Sequence record: SRR22947725_1095
DNA length: 50,744 bases
Direction: 5' to 3' (one strand)
Shown here: positions 12,266-23,224 of the stretch, one piece after another
Position numbering within the stretch: the stretch's first letter is position 1
Layout: every line of letters starts with the position of its first letter
Translations under genes and position numbers: made by a program
Notes under the pieces: model-generated
Databases searched by the model: none
The model's input: only the letters and a program-made list of their open reading frames with translations
Told to the model about the DNA's origin: nothing

Positions 12266-12998
12266 TCATAAGAGTTACAAAGTTTTCTACGCTTAACATC
12301 TCAGCTCTTTGAGATAGATCAATGTCAGTTTGAGATTGATTTAGAACTGATTTTAAACAATTTTTTAGTGTTTTTCGTCTTTGAGAAAATGCTATTTTAA
12401 CGATCTCCTCAAGAGGCTTAGAGTTTTGAACGAGCGGCTGTTTTTTAGTTTTTAAATAAAGTATAGCAGATTCAATTTTGGGTTTTGGATCGAAAGATTC
12501 TTTAGGCACAACAAACATAAGCTCGGTATCAAAAAAAGTCTGCATAATGACGCTTATCCTTCCATAGACTTTACTTCCAGGAGGGGCTACTATACGTTCT
12601 ACAACCTCTTTTTGAAGCATAAATGTCATATCAATAATATTATCCCTATAGCTAAGTAAATGAAACAATAAAGGAGATGATATATTGTATGGAAGATTAC
12701 CTATAATTCTAATATTTTGTTTAAATTGATCAAAATTAAAAACTAAAGCATCAGACTCATGAATAGTTATTTTTATATTATTCTTTTTTTGAAGAAGGGC
12801 TATTAAGTCTCGATCAATTTCAATGACGTGAATGTTTTCCAAATAATCTATTAATGGGAATGTTATGGCGCCTTTTCCAGGCCCTATTTCAATGATATGA
12901 TCATTTTTTTTAGGAGAGATTGTTGAAACAATTTGGTTAATTATCTGTTGATCAACTAAAAAATTTTGGCCAAATCTTTTTCGAGGTTTATGAGGCAT
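12243..12998 (-). CDS. rsmA: 16S rRNA adenine dimethyltransferase KsgA
   Basis: KRFGQNFL, EIGPGKG, GNLPYNISSP, MLQKEV. Confidence 0.97.
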   Translation of the reverse strand: MPHKPRKRFGQNFLVDQQIINQIVSTISPKKNDHIIEIGPGKGAITFPLIDYLENIHVIEIDRDLIALLQKKNNIKITIHESDALVFNFDQFKQNIRIIGNLPYNISSPLLFHLLSYRDNIIDMTFMLQKEVVERIVAPPGSKVYGRISVIMQTFFDTELMFVVPKESFDPKPKIESAILYLKTKKQPLVQNSKPLEEIVKIAFSQRRKTLKNCLKSVLNQSQTDIDLSQRAEMLSVENFVTLMNDYEKQN

Positions 12999-13944
12999 TA
13001 CTACTTATTTTTTGAAAGAATGACAAGGCACAGTTAAAACTTCCAAGACTAATATTGCCACTCCCCGCTAGATCCAGTGCAGTCCCATGATCAACTGAGG
13101 TTCTAATAAAAGGAAGACCAAGCGTAATATTGGCTGCATTCTTAAATCCACTTGCTTTTAAAACGGGTAAGCCTTGGTCATGGTACATTGCCAGGACGAC
13201 ATCAATATCTTTTAATGAGTCAACAGTAAAAGCAGTATCTGCTGGAACAGGGCCAGAAAGCCTGAAACCCTTTTGGCTCAGTGTTTGAATCACTGGTGTT
13301 ATTGTCTTTATTTCTTCATCTCCAAGATATCCATTTTCACCAGCATGTGGATTAAGTCCACACACTAGAATGCTTGGATTATTAACCCCTAAATATTTAA
13401 AATCATTATTAATAATTGAAATCACCTCCATCAGTGATTCTTTAGTAATATTTTTTGGAACATCTTTGAGCGCTAAATGCGTTGTAGCAAGAGCTACTTT
13501 AAGTTTTGCAGTTGCGAGTAGCATGACAGTTTTTGAGCAATTAGATAATTCTGCTAAATATTCTGTATGCCCACTAAATTTTATACCTGCTTGGTTAATC
13601 ACTGCTTTATTTATTGGGCCTGTTAGAATGCCATTACAAGTCTTATTTAAGCAGTCATTAGTAGCCTGTTTAATGAGAGATAGAACATACTCAGCGTTAT
13701 TTGGGTTAAGCTGTCCAGGCACGGTTTTTTCTTTAGATTTAATTGGAAAAATACTTAATTCACCAGCCTTATTAGTACTACTCTCTTTGAGTATAAGTGG
13801 TAAATTAAGTAATTTAGCCCTTTCAATGAGAGCATCCGGATCCGCATAGATCCTTAGATTTTCAGACCTTTCTTTTTGAGCATAAATGATTGCAATATCG
13901 GGCCCAATTCCAGATGGTTCGCCTGAAGTAAGTGCAATTGTCAT
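12988..13944 (-). CDS. pdxA: 4-hydroxythreonine-4-phosphate dehydrogenase
   Basis: GEPSGIGPD, GHTEYLA, GLNPHAGE, MYHDQG, RTSVDHGTA. Confidence 0.96.
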   Translation of the reverse strand: MTIALTSGEPSGIGPDIAIIYAQKERSENLRIYADPDALIERAKLLNLPLILKESSTNKAGELSIFPIKSKEKTVPGQLNPNNAEYVLSLIKQATNDCLNKTCNGILTGPINKAVINQAGIKFSGHTEYLAELSNCSKTVMLLATAKLKVALATTHLALKDVPKNITKESLMEVISIINNDFKYLGVNNPSILVCGLNPHAGENGYLGDEEIKTITPVIQTLSQKGFRLSGPVPADTAFTVDSLKDIDVVLAMYHDQGLPVLKASGFKNAANITLGLPFIRTSVDHGTALDLAGSGNISLGSFNCALSFFQKISSNAS

Positions 13945-13951
13945 AGGAAAA

Positions 13952-14335
13952 TCAGTTTAATTTATTTATTGTAAATACGGTAAGTGTTGCAACTGCGCCT
14001 GAAAGGAACATTCCCCAAAGAATATCTGCTACAACTAACTTTAAACTAAATATATTCATTGAGGCGTAAACCGTTAAATCATAGGTTCCATAGGTTACTA
14101 AGCCAAAAAAAGCACCAATTAAAAACACATTTAAAAGTGTATTGTCTTGATTAGGATTAACGACAAAAAATATGAGCCCCAGTAAGAAAATCACATAAAA
14201 AAGGAGTGCTGGAGGAATTTTGAGTTCCATAAGGGACGATACCTCTTGTTTGTACATAGGCGTCGCCACAAAATAAATCCAAAAAACATCGATGATGAAG
14301 AAAAAGACTAGTGCTATAAAGAATGTTTTAATCAT
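13952..14335 (-). CDS. DUF2177 family membrane protein
   Basis: Four hydrophobic segments; GLVTYGTYDLT and DILWG motifs. Confidence 0.75.
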   Translation of the reverse strand: MIKTFFIALVFFFIIDVFWIYFVATPMYKQEVSSLMELKIPPALLFYVIFLLGLIFFVVNPNQDNTLLNVFLIGAFFGLVTYGTYDLTVYASMNIFSLKLVVADILWGMFLSGAVATLTVFTINKLN

Positions 14336-14399
14336 AATATTAGTATACTTTTAAAGGTTTAGAGAAAGGTCAATTTTATTTTGTTAAGTTTTATCTAGT

Positions 14400-15347
14400 T
14401 TAGTTAACAAGCTCCCCTTTAGCTTGGAGGTCTGCATGATAGGAGGATCGAACCATTGGACCACTTGCTACCTGCAAAAAGCCGAGTTCATTAGCTATAG
14501 TTTTGTAGTGTTCAAATTGCTCTGGTGAAATATACTCTTCAACGGCCAAATGATGACGACTAGGCTGCAGATACTGTCCAAGAGTTAGCATATCAACTTT
14601 ATGTTTTCTTAAGTCTTTGAGTACATCTATGACCTGCTTGTGTGTCTCTCCAACACCGAGCATTAATCCTGACTTAGTTTTGACAGATGGATGTTTTTCT
14701 TTAAAGTTTTTAAGTAGTTCCAAAGACTGCTGATAGTCTGAGCCAGGCCTCACTTTAGGATATAAGCTTGGAACTGTTTCTAAATTATGATTAAAAACAT
14801 CAGGAGGGCAATCTTGAAAAATATCTAAGGCTTTTTCAACTCTTCCACGAAAGTCGGGGGTCAGTATTTCAATTTTAACTTTAGGTGTTTTTTGTCTGAT
14901 AGCGTCGATACATTCTTTAAAGTGCATAGCTCCTCCATCTCTAAGATCATCGCGATCTACTGATGTAATGACAACATACTTTAATGCCATTTTAGAAATG
15001 GTATCAGCTAAATGATTAGGTTCACTAGTATCTAATGGCTTTGGTCTGCCGTGAGCAACATCGCAAAAAGGGCAACGTCTTGTACAGATCTGACCCATAA
15101 TCATGAAGGTTGCAGTTCCATGGTTAAAGCACTCACTAAGGTTCGGGCACTGAGCCTCTTCACAGACCGTGAACAATTCCTGACTTCGAAGAGTACTCTT
15201 TAACTCATTGACTTTTTTTGAGTTTGTATGTCGAATTCTTATCCAGCTTGGTTTTTTTAGTGGTTCTCTCTTAGAGTCTGGCTTGATCTTTAGCCTACTG
15301 ATTTTGGATTCACCTTTTAAGGCTTTAATTTCAAGTTCTTGAGACAT
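14400..15347 (-). CDS. lipA: Lipoyl synthase
   Basis: [12 protein letters not shown] auxiliary cluster, CTRRCPFC radical-SAM motif, VRSSY. Confidence 0.98.
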   Translation of the reverse strand: MSQELEIKALKGESKISRLKIKPDSKREPLKKPSWIRIRHTNSKKVNELKSTLRSQELFTVCEEAQCPNLSECFNHGTATFMIMGQICTRRCPFCDVAHGRPKPLDTSEPNHLADTISKMALKYVVITSVDRDDLRDGGAMHFKECIDAIRQKTPKVKIEILTPDFRGRVEKALDIFQDCPPDVFNHNLETVPSLYPKVRPGSDYQQSLELLKNFKEKHPSVKTKSGLMLGVGETHKQVIDVLKDLRKHKVDMLTLGQYLQPSRHHLAVEEYISPEQFEHYKTIANELGFLQVASGPMVRSSYHADLQAKGELVN

Positions 15348-15942
15348 AATTTGAAAGATGACGAGTTAGTTGTTTTTTGATCTCAGATAATTCAAGAGTA
15401 TTATCCGTTAGATTTGACATCTGGGTAACATTTAAATCCCTGAAACCACAGGGGTTAATCAGCTTATATGGAGAGAGATCCATATCGATATTTAAGCTCA
15501 ATCCATGATATGTTCTTCCATGCCTGACTTTTAGTCCTAACGCTGCAATTTTGGACCCATCAACGTAAACACCTGGAGCGCCGCTGACCTTATGAGTGGA
15601 GATCGAGTACTCTTCAAGTAGGTCAATGATTGATTGTTCAATCAAACTGACCATTTTTTTTATTCCAATCCCAAGTCTTTTTATGTCAATTAAACAGTAG
15701 ACAATCAATTGACCTGGAGCATGATAAGTGATTTGGCCGCCTCTATCTGATTGAATCACTGATATATCAGTTTCCTCTAATAGATTTTCGGATCTGCCTG
15801 TCAGGCCTTGAGTAAATACACTGTAATGCTCTAAAAGCCAAATTTCATCAGGAGTGTCAGCATTTCTAGAATTAGTAAAAGAAACCATTTCTTCCCAGAT
15901 TGTGGTGTAGTCTTGCAAGCCTTTTTCACGAATTTGAATCAT
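15331..15942 (-). CDS. lipB: Octanoyltransferase
   Basis: [38 protein letters not shown]. Confidence 0.96.
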   Translation of the reverse strand: MIQIREKGLQDYTTIWEEMVSFTNSRNADTPDEIWLLEHYSVFTQGLTGRSENLLEETDISVIQSDRGGQITYHAPGQLIVYCLIDIKRLGIGIKKMVSLIEQSIIDLLEEYSISTHKVSGAPGVYVDGSKIAALGLKVRHGRTYHGLSLNIDMDLSPYKLINPCGFRDLNVTQMSNLTDNTLELSEIKKQLTRHLSNYVSRT

Positions 15943-15948
15943 GATAAT

Positions 15949-16218
15949 TTATAAAAGATAAAACACTAGAGGGCAGTTTTGAAGGTCTTCATTTATTGAA
16001 TCAAGCTGTTTTCTACTTGTTGCAATGATTCTAATGGTCACAGAAACATATTTTCCCTTTGAGCTGTTCTTAAGAGTGATTTGATTGGTGTGAAGTTTTC
16101 CAACATATCTTTCAACGATAGTACTAACTGTATCTATTAAATCAGGCTGATTTAGCCCAAAAACTTTGATTGGATAATCACAAGGAAATTTAAAAATGTC
16201 TTCATTCATTTCAGTCAC
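15949..16218 (-). CDS. ybeD: DUF493 / YbeD family protein
   Basis: FPCDYPIKVFG and SSKGKYVSVT; conserved ybeD-lipB-lipA order. Confidence 0.88.
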   Translation of the reverse strand: MTEMNEDIFKFPCDYPIKVFGLNQPDLIDTVSTIVERYVGKLHTNQITLKNSSKGKYVSVTIRIIATSRKQLDSINEDLQNCPLVFYLL

Positions 16219-16306
16219 AACCTAAATTTTACCCATTAAAGTTACCTATACATAATTGTTAATAATAAAATATAATTAATATTTTTAATATCAAATAAAT
16301 GCAATA

Positions 16307-16624
16307 ATGATAGAAGACTTAACTCCCCAAGAATTTCAACAATCGATAGAAAATGAAGGTAATATTCTCATTGACGTTAGAGAGAAATCCGAATTAGATA
16401 TTTGCAAGATTAATGGCGCAATCAACATGCCTATGAGTTCCATTACTGAAACTTTTTCTGATTTAGATCCAAGTTTAAGTTATTCTCTTTATTGTCATCA
16501 TGGGATGCGCTCCATGCAAGTTGCTAATTTTTTATTATCAAAGGGCTTTCAATCTCTTTCTAATCTAAGAGGTGGAATTGATGCCTGGTCCAGAGAGGTT
16601 GATAATGCTGTTGATAGATACTAA
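16307..16624 (+). CDS. Single-domain rhodanese (sulfurtransferase)
   Basis: LIDVRE, active-site CHHGMRS, NLRGGIDAW. Confidence 0.9.
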   Translation: MIEDLTPQEFQQSIENEGNILIDVREKSELDICKINGAINMPMSSITETFSDLDPSLSYSLYCHHGMRSMQVANFLLSKGFQSLSNLRGGIDAWSREVDNAVDRY

Positions 16625-16687
16625 GTTTTCCTGATACTATCTAATAATAAACTCTTATAATTTATACATCCCCCAATTAAAAAAAAT

Positions 16688-17338
16688 ATGAATCAAATTG
16701 AACAAATGTTTTTGCTTCAAATGCAATTAAATGATCAAACAAATGGCCAAGTATGGATTAAAGGATATACTCAAGAAAACCGGGAAATATCCTGGTATAG
16801 AGGGATTTATATGGAGGTTGCTGAAGCAATTGACTCGTTTAATTGGAAGCACTGGAAAAATATTAATGATGAGCCAGATTGGGATAATATAAGGGTAGAG
16901 CTGGTTGATATTTGGCACTTTATTATGTCTGAGTCGATTCGTATCAATGATCAATCGTATGCCAATAAACATCTGCATATGAAAGCTAGGGGGGATTATG
17001 ATACTGATGCATTGATAGCCTCATTGGAAAAGATGCTGAAATTATCTGTTGTATCTAGTATGGATAAAGAAATTAATAATATTAGGGAGATCACGGATAT
17101 ATTCTTCATCATAATCTCACACTTAGGCATCGATGTTGAAGATTTGTACAAGCGCTATGTTGTCAAGAATCAATTGAATACCTTTAGACAGCAAAATGGC
17201 TATAAAGAAGGCTCATATATAAAGATTTGGGGGGGTGTTGAAGACAATGTAGTTGCTTTTGATATTATGAATAAGAATCCTAAAATTACCCCAACTGAAC
17301 TTTATGATGAGCTGGATTCTGCTTACTCTAAACTATAG
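16688..17338 (+). CDS. dut: Dimeric all-alpha dUTPase (dUTPase_2 family)
   Basis: EVAEAIDSFNWKHWK, ELVDIWHF, KNQLNTFRQQNGYKEGSYIKIWGGVEDN motifs typical of Campylobacter/trypanosomatid-type dimeric dUTPases. Confidence 0.85.
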   Translation: MNQIEQMFLLQMQLNDQTNGQVWIKGYTQENREISWYRGIYMEVAEAIDSFNWKHWKNINDEPDWDNIRVELVDIWHFIMSESIRINDQSYANKHLHMKARGDYDTDALIASLEKMLKLSVVSSMDKEINNIREITDIFFIIISHLGIDVEDLYKRYVVKNQLNTFRQQNGYKEGSYIKIWGGVEDNVVAFDIMNKNPKITPTELYDELDSAYSKL

Positions 17339-18382
17339 ATGACTACTGAACATATAAAACTAACTGAATTCAGCCATGGCGCTGGATGTGGCTGCAAGAT
17401 TTCACCAAAACTTTTAAAAGAAATTTTAGGAACCAAACTGGATAGCTTTGTCGATTCAAATTTATTGGTAGGGCATGAATCAAGCGATGATGCTGCAGTT
17501 TATGATCTAGGGGATGGAAGGGCGCTGATAAGCACTACTGATTTTTTTATGCCAATTGTGGATGATCCTTTCGATTTTGGAATGATTGCTGGCAGTAATG
17601 CCCTAAGTGACGTTTATGCAATGGGCGGTAAACCCTTAATGGCCATTTCAATCTTTGGATGGCCCATTAATATGCTTTCCACAGATGTTGGTGCAAAAGT
17701 CATTGATGGCGGTCGAGAGATATGCAAGCAGGCAGGTATTACTCTTGCAGGGGGTCATAGTATTGACTCACCAGAGCCAATTTTTGGTCTATCGGTATCT
17801 GGCATTGTAGAAATTAAAAATTTGAAAAGAAATATTGGTGCAAAGGTTAATGACACCTTGTTTTTGACTAAGCCATTAGGAATTGGAATTTTATCGACTG
17901 CGCAAAAAAAGAAGATTGTGAGCACCAATGATCATGCTACTGCAGTCAGACAAATGTGCACTTTAAATGATATTGGCTATAAATTAGCAGCCATCCATGG
18001 GGTTAATGCAGTTACAGATGTTACAGGTTTTGGTTTAGCCGGCCACCTCCTAGAGGTTTGCAAAGGAAGCAATACATCTGCAGAGATAAGTTTCGATAAG
18101 CTTCCATTGCTTCCAAATATTTTGAAATATATTGAAAATAATTGCGTTCCTGGTGGGACGCAAAGAAACTTTGATAGTTATGGAGACCAGATCAGCAGAT
18201 TGTCAAATCTCGAAAGATCAATTATTTGTGATCCTCAAACTAGTGGTGGCCTCCTTGTTTCTGTTTCAAATGAGGCTTTAGGTGAATTTGAGAAGCTTAT
18301 GGAGTTAAATGGACTTAATTTAAATCCTATTGGAAAAATTACTAAAAAGAATGATGAGTCTAAAACAATTGTTTTGAAATGA
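17339..18382 (+). CDS. selD: Selenide, water dikinase (Cys form)
   Basis: HGAGCGCKISP, DDAAVY, TTDFFMPIVDDP, TDVTGFGL, DPQTSGGLL. Confidence 0.97.
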   Translation: MTTEHIKLTEFSHGAGCGCKISPKLLKEILGTKLDSFVDSNLLVGHESSDDAAVYDLGDGRALISTTDFFMPIVDDPFDFGMIAGSNALSDVYAMGGKPLMAISIFGWPINMLSTDVGAKVIDGGREICKQAGITLAGGHSIDSPEPIFGLSVSGIVEIKNLKRNIGAKVNDTLFLTKPLGIGILSTAQKKKIVSTNDHATAVRQMCTLNDIGYKLAAIHGVNAVTDVTGFGLAGHLLEVCKGSNTSAEISFDKLPLLPNILKYIENNCVPGGTQRNFDSYGDQISRLSNLERSIICDPQTSGGLLVSVSNEALGEFEKLMELNGLNLNPIGKITKKNDESKTIVLK

Positions 18383-19467
18383 GTAATCTTGAAGAAATTG
18401 ATAATTTTTCTAAAATCTTTAAAGCCAATCTCCCTTTATTAGATGTAAGAGCCCCAATCGAGTTCTATGGAGGTTCTTTCCCTCAAGCGCAGAACTTTCC
18501 CTTAATGAATGATAGTGAAAGACATCAAATTGGCATTTGTTACAAAGAAAAAGGTCAAAATTCAGCTATTCAACTTGGACATGAGTTAATCAATGGAACA
18601 TTAAAACAAGAAAGAGTTGAGAAGTGGCTTAATTTTGTTAGTAAGAACCCAAAAGGGGCACTTTATTGTTATAGGGGTGGCTTACGCTCAAAGATAACTC
18701 AAGAGTGGATTTATGAGGAATCTGGGGTCTCTTACCCAAGAATTAAGGGAGGATACAAGGCCCTAAGATCATTTCTTCTGCATGAAATGGTTAGAATTAC
18801 AAACAATAAAGAGTTTATTGTGATCGGTGGCCAAACTGGTTGTGGAAAGACAATACTATTGAATGAGATTGATTATAGTATTGATTTAGAGGGTCTTGCC
18901 AATCATAGAGGATCTGCATTTGGGAATAACGTATCACCTCAACCCAAGCAAATTGATTTTGAAAATAATTTAAGTATTGAATTAATTAAAAAAGAGTCTT
19001 TTAGTCAATTGTTAATTGAAGATGAGGGTAACAATATTGGAATGATTCATATTCCTGATTCCATCAAATTAAAATCACGTGACTCTAAAATTATTTTATT
19101 AACTGCTTCACTTGAGGATAGATTACGAATTAGTCTAAAAAGTTATGTTGTTGATATGGAAAGACAATTTAAAGCAATAAATTCAGAAAAGGGTTTTGAA
19201 AATTTTTCAAACTATTGGCTTACGAGCCTATATAAAATCCAGAAGAGGCTAGGGGGTGATAGATATCAATCACTCTTAACTCAGTTAAAGTTAGCCCTTA
19301 AAAATCATCAAAATAATGGTGATATCAATGATTATTTACCTCTCATTGAATCACTTTTAGTTGACTATTACGACCCCATGTATAATTTTCAAATAAACAA
19401 TAAAAAACAAAGAGTTATATTTGAAGGAAATTGCCAAGAAGTGAAAAAATTTCTAGAAAAGAATTAA
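18379..19467 (+). CDS. selU: tRNA 2-selenouridine synthase
   Basis: N-terminal rhodanese (LDVRAP, YCYRGGLRS) plus P-loop GQTGCGKT, DLEGLANHRGSAFG, YYDPMY; 4-bp overlap with selD. Confidence 0.95.
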   Translation: MSNLEEIDNFSKIFKANLPLLDVRAPIEFYGGSFPQAQNFPLMNDSERHQIGICYKEKGQNSAIQLGHELINGTLKQERVEKWLNFVSKNPKGALYCYRGGLRSKITQEWIYEESGVSYPRIKGGYKALRSFLLHEMVRITNNKEFIVIGGQTGCGKTILLNEIDYSIDLEGLANHRGSAFGNNVSPQPKQIDFENNLSIELIKKESFSQLLIEDEGNNIGMIHIPDSIKLKSRDSKIILLTASLEDRLRISLKSYVVDMERQFKAINSEKGFENFSNYWLTSLYKIQKRLGGDRYQSLLTQLKLALKNHQNNGDINDYLPLIESLLVDYYDPMYNFQINNKKQRVIFEGNCQEVKKFLEKN

Positions 19468-19727
19468 ATCTTTGTTGTTATTTTTATGTCAGAAACTGGC
19501 CTTGATTGGCATGCTAAGATTTCACCCTGAGATAATGGTACAAGACACTCTTGATGAACTACATCACCTTTAACAAGTTTTAAAATACAGCTACCACAAT
19601 GACCCTGTCTACAGCTATGATTAACTAAGACGTTGTTTGCCTCAAGTTCAGTGAGTATAGAATCTTCTCCATAGACATAGAGCGACTCTGTTTTTCCATT
19701 AATATTATCGACATCAATTTTGAACAT
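19464..19727 (-). CDS. yfaE: [2Fe-2S] ferredoxin, YfaE-like RNR maintenance protein
   Basis: CRQGHCGSC...LACQ; directly downstream of nrdB. Confidence 0.85.
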   Translation of the reverse strand: MFKIDVDNINGKTESLYVYGEDSILTELEANNVLVNHSCRQGHCGSCILKLVKGDVVHQECLVPLSQGEILACQSRPVSDIKITTKI

Positions 19728-19741
19728 TTGATGCTAAGCAC

Positions 19742-20878
19742 TTAAAGCTTAAAGTCACTAAAATCTTCGTCTTCAGAGTCAATAGTATTGTCAATCGCAC
19801 TTACAAGATAAGAGGTAATCTCAGTCTCTTGTGGGGCAACTTGGACATTATCAGAATCAAGCCAGTGGTTTAGCCATGGCAGTGGGTTCGTAGTTTGTTC
19901 AAAAATCGGCTGCATATTGAGAGCCGACATACGAATATTGGTAATATATTCAAGGTATTGCTTAAGAATTTGTGCATTAAGTCCAATCATAGAGCCGTCC
20001 CTGAAAAGATACTCAGCCCACTCTTTTTCCTGATTCGCAGCATCTTTAAACATCTGAATAACTTCTGCTTCACACTCAATGGCAATGGCTTGCATATCAG
20101 GGTCATCCTTGCCATCACGCATTAAATTAAGCATGTGCTGAGTGCCTGTGAGATGAAGCGCTTCATCTCTAGCAATTAGCTTAATAATTTTTGCATTACC
20201 TTCCATTACCTTTCTTTCAGCAAAAGCAAATGAACATGCAAAACTGACATAGAAGCGGATAGCTTCTAAAATATTTACAGACATTATTGTTAAATAGAGA
20301 AGTCTCTTAAGAGAATACATATTAATGTTAAGAGTTTTTCCATCAATTTGATGCTCACCTTCACCGTTGAGGAGGTAGGCCTGCGTATGCTTAATTAACT
20401 TATCATAATGTTTAGAAACGCTTGTCGCTCTTTGAATAATCTCTTCAGTTTTCATGATTTCATCAAAAACTGCGCCTGGTTCATTAACAATTGCTCTAAT
20501 AATGTGAGTATATGAGCGAGAATGGATGGTCTCTGAAAAAGCCCAAGTTTCAATCCAATTTTCTAACTCAGGGAGAGAAACAATCGGCAGAAAGGCAATG
20601 TTAGGTGAGCGTCCTTGAACAGAGTCTAATAAAATCTGATATTGAAGGTTAGATATAAAAATATGCTTTTCATTTGGCAATAACTTACCAAAATCAATTT
20701 TGTCTTTTGACACATCAATTTCTTCGGGTCGCCAAAAAAAAGAAAGTTGTTTTTCAGTAAGCTTTTCAAACATCTCAAATTTTTGTTGATCAAAGCGTGC
20801 AACATTTACAGCATCACCAAAGAACATTGGCTCTTTGAGCGTGTCATTAATTTTTTGATTAAATATACTATAGGACAT
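19742..20878 (-). CDS. nrdB: Class Ia ribonucleotide reductase beta subunit
   Basis: [20 protein letters not shown] (radical Tyr), [23 protein letters not shown]. Confidence 0.97.
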   Translation of the reverse strand: MSYSIFNQKINDTLKEPMFFGDAVNVARFDQQKFEMFEKLTEKQLSFFWRPEEIDVSKDKIDFGKLLPNEKHIFISNLQYQILLDSVQGRSPNIAFLPIVSLPELENWIETWAFSETIHSRSYTHIIRAIVNEPGAVFDEIMKTEEIIQRATSVSKHYDKLIKHTQAYLLNGEGEHQIDGKTLNINMYSLKRLLYLTIMSVNILEAIRFYVSFACSFAFAERKVMEGNAKIIKLIARDEALHLTGTQHMLNLMRDGKDDPDMQAIAIECEAEVIQMFKDAANQEKEWAEYLFRDGSMIGLNAQILKQYLEYITNIRMSALNMQPIFEQTTNPLPWLNHWLDSDNVQVAPQETEITSYLVSAIDNTIDSEDEDFSDFKL

Positions 20879-20890
20879 AATTAATAAATT

Positions 20891-23206
20891 TTATAGTTTA
20901 CAAACACCATCTTCACAGTCATCATCGCCTTTTATAGCAGCATTTTGATCATCACTAGCTCCATCTCTAGTTGTATGGTAATAAAGTGTCTTAATACCAT
21001 ACTTATAAGCCTTTAAGAGGTCCATTAAGAAAAGCTTCATTGGCACTCTATTACCATCATATTGCGAAGGATCATAGTGAGTATTTGTTGAGATAGATTG
21101 ATCAACAAATTTTTGCATAATTGCACACAATTGAAGGCAGCCTTCATTGTCTTTGATATCCCAAAGCAGCTCATAACTTTTATGAAGTTTTTCATACTCA
21201 GGAACAACCTGTTTAAGAATTCCATCTTTAGATTGCTTAACAGATATAAAGCCTCTTGGAGGCTCAATACCATTGGTGGAATTAGAAATTTGAGACGAGC
21301 TTTCGCAAGGCATAAGAGCAGTTAAGGTTGAGTTTCTTAGGCCTTTAGCTTTTATATTTTTTCTTAAAGTGTCCCAGTCAAGCTCAAGCTCAGTATTACA
21401 GAATTCATCAATATCTTTTTTATAACTATCGGTTGGCATTATGCCTTTTGCATACTGCGTCTCTGAGAAAAGAGGACAGGGGCCAAACTCTTCTGCAATT
21501 TCATTTGACGCTTTCAATGAGTAATATTGAAGCGCTTCAAATGTTTTATGGATTAAATCATTGCCTGAGCCGTCAGAGTATTTAGCACCATTCTTGGCTA
21601 GATAATAAGCTAAATTTGTTACTCCAATGCCAAGTGTTCTTCGATTATTACTAGCAATCTCCGCAGCTTTTAGTGGGTAGTCTTGATAGTCAAGCAAAGA
21701 GTCAAGAGAGCGCACAATAATATCAGTAATGTCTTCAAGCTCGTCAAGACTCTCAAGAGCCCCTAAATTAACTGCAGAAAGCGTACAGAGCGCTACTTCA
21801 CCCTCATGATCTTGAACAGAGTATAAAGGTTTTGTTGGCAATGTAATTTCCATGCAAAGATTAGATTGCTTAATTGGGGCTTGGGAGGGATCAAAGGCAC
21901 CATGAGTGTTACAATGATCAACATTTTGAAGATATATACGACCTGTATTGGCTCTCTCCTTCATAAACATTGCAAACAGTTCACGAGCACTAATTTGCTG
22001 TTTACGAATAGAGTCATCTTTCTCGTACTTTTCATAAAGTTTTTTAAACTTTTTTTGATCAGCAAAAAAGGAATCATAGAGGCCAGGAACATCATTAGGC
22101 GAGAATAAGGTTATATTTTCATCCTTCAGAAAACGTTCATACATTAAGCCATTAAATTGGACACCATAGTCAAGATGTCTAATTCTATTTTCATCGGTGC
22201 CGGTATTATTTTTTAAAACAATTAAGCCTTCAACTTCCAAATGCCACAAAGGATAAAAAAGTGTTGCAGCGCCACCTCTAACGCCACCTTGAGAACAAGA
22301 TTTAACCGCTGTATGAAAGTGCTTAAAGAAAGGTATGCATCCAGTATGAGTTGCTTCTCCACCTCTAATTGGGCTGCCTAGAGCACGAATTTTTCCAGCA
22401 TTAATTCCTATACCAGCGCGTTGAGACACATATTTGACAATTGCACCAGAAGCAGCACTAATGGAGTCTAAATCATCATCTGTTTCAATCAAAACACAAG
22501 AGGAAAATTGACGCGTAGGCGTTCTCACGCCAGCCATTATTGGAGTTGGTAATGAGATTTTGAAGTTAGATGAGGCATCATAAAAACGCTTAACAATTTT
22601 AATTCTAGCTTTACCTTTGTATTCTTGAAATAAGCACATTCCAACGAGCATGTACAACATCTGAGGAGACTCATGAATCTCACCAGTTACACGATTTTGT
22701 ACTAAATATTTACCCTCAAGTTGCTTAACTGCAGCATAAGAAAAGTTCATATCACGCCAATGATCAATATAATTATTGAACTCTTCAAACTCAGAAGCAT
22801 TATATTTATTTAATATGTCTTTATCATAAATCCCTAAATTTGTAAGTTTAGTAACGTGATCAATTAGGGATGGTGGAGTGAAAGATTTAAATGCTTTTTT
22901 TCTAAGATGAAAAATTGCTAAACGAGCGGCTAAATATTGATAATCAGGAACATCTGTAGAAATTAAATCTGCTGCAGACTTAATAATAGTCTCATGTATG
23001 TCTTCAGTTTTAATGCCATCAAAAAAAGCTAATTGAGCATTTATTTCAACCTGAGAGACAGAGATATTTTCTAAGTCTTGGGAGGCCCAATGAACAACAC
23101 GATGGATTTTTTCGAAATCTATTGACTCTTTCGAGCCATCTCTTTTGGTAACTAATATTTCTTGGTCGACAGCTTGGTCTTTAACTGCCTGGATTTCCTG
23201 GTTCAA
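20891..23206 (-). CDS. nrdA: Class Ia ribonucleotide reductase alpha subunit (TTG start at 23206 preferred over 23212)
   Basis: ATP-cone VTKRDG, QFSSC, QSNLCME, TLYY, C-terminal CxxxxC. The AGGAG RBS at 23217-23213 is correctly spaced for the TTG at 23206. Confidence 0.96.
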   Translation of the reverse strand: MNQEIQAVKDQAVDQEILVTKRDGSKESIDFEKIHRVVHWASQDLENISVSQVEINAQLAFFDGIKTEDIHETIIKSAADLISTDVPDYQYLAARLAIFHLRKKAFKSFTPPSLIDHVTKLTNLGIYDKDILNKYNASEFEEFNNYIDHWRDMNFSYAAVKQLEGKYLVQNRVTGEIHESPQMLYMLVGMCLFQEYKGKARIKIVKRFYDASSNFKISLPTPIMAGVRTPTRQFSSCVLIETDDDLDSISAASGAIVKYVSQRAGIGINAGKIRALGSPIRGGEATHTGCIPFFKHFHTAVKSCSQGGVRGGAATLFYPLWHLEVEGLIVLKNNTGTDENRIRHLDYGVQFNGLMYERFLKDENITLFSPNDVPGLYDSFFADQKKFKKLYEKYEKDDSIRKQQISARELFAMFMKERANTGRIYLQNVDHCNTHGAFDPSQAPIKQSNLCMEITLPTKPLYSVQDHEGEVALCTLSAVNLGALESLDELEDITDIIVRSLDSLLDYQDYPLKAAEIASNNRRTLGIGVTNLAYYLAKNGAKYSDGSGNDLIHKTFEALQYYSLKASNEIAEEFGPCPLFSETQYAKGIMPTDSYKKDIDEFCNTELELDWDTLRKNIKAKGLRNSTLTALMPCESSSQISNSTNGIEPPRGFISVKQSKDGILKQVVPEYEKLHKSYELLWDIKDNEGCLQLCAIMQKFVDQSISTNTHYDPSQYDGNRVPMKLFLMDLLKAYKYGIKTLYYHTTRDGASDDQNAAIKGDDDCEDGVCKL

Positions 23207-23224
23207 ACTCAACTCCTAAAAAGG

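Noticed and set aside
13370-13849. 159-aa plus-strand ORF
   Set aside because: Fully antisense to pdxA with no recognisable domain.
17339-17420. Selenocysteine (UGA) recoding in selD
   Set aside because: The active-site motif is encoded as GGA TGT GGC TGC AAG (Cys) with no in-frame UGA. No selA, selB or tRNA-Sec was seen in the window.
19742-23212. Intein or intron in nrdA/nrdB
   Set aside because: Both ORFs are uninterrupted and of ordinary class Ia length.
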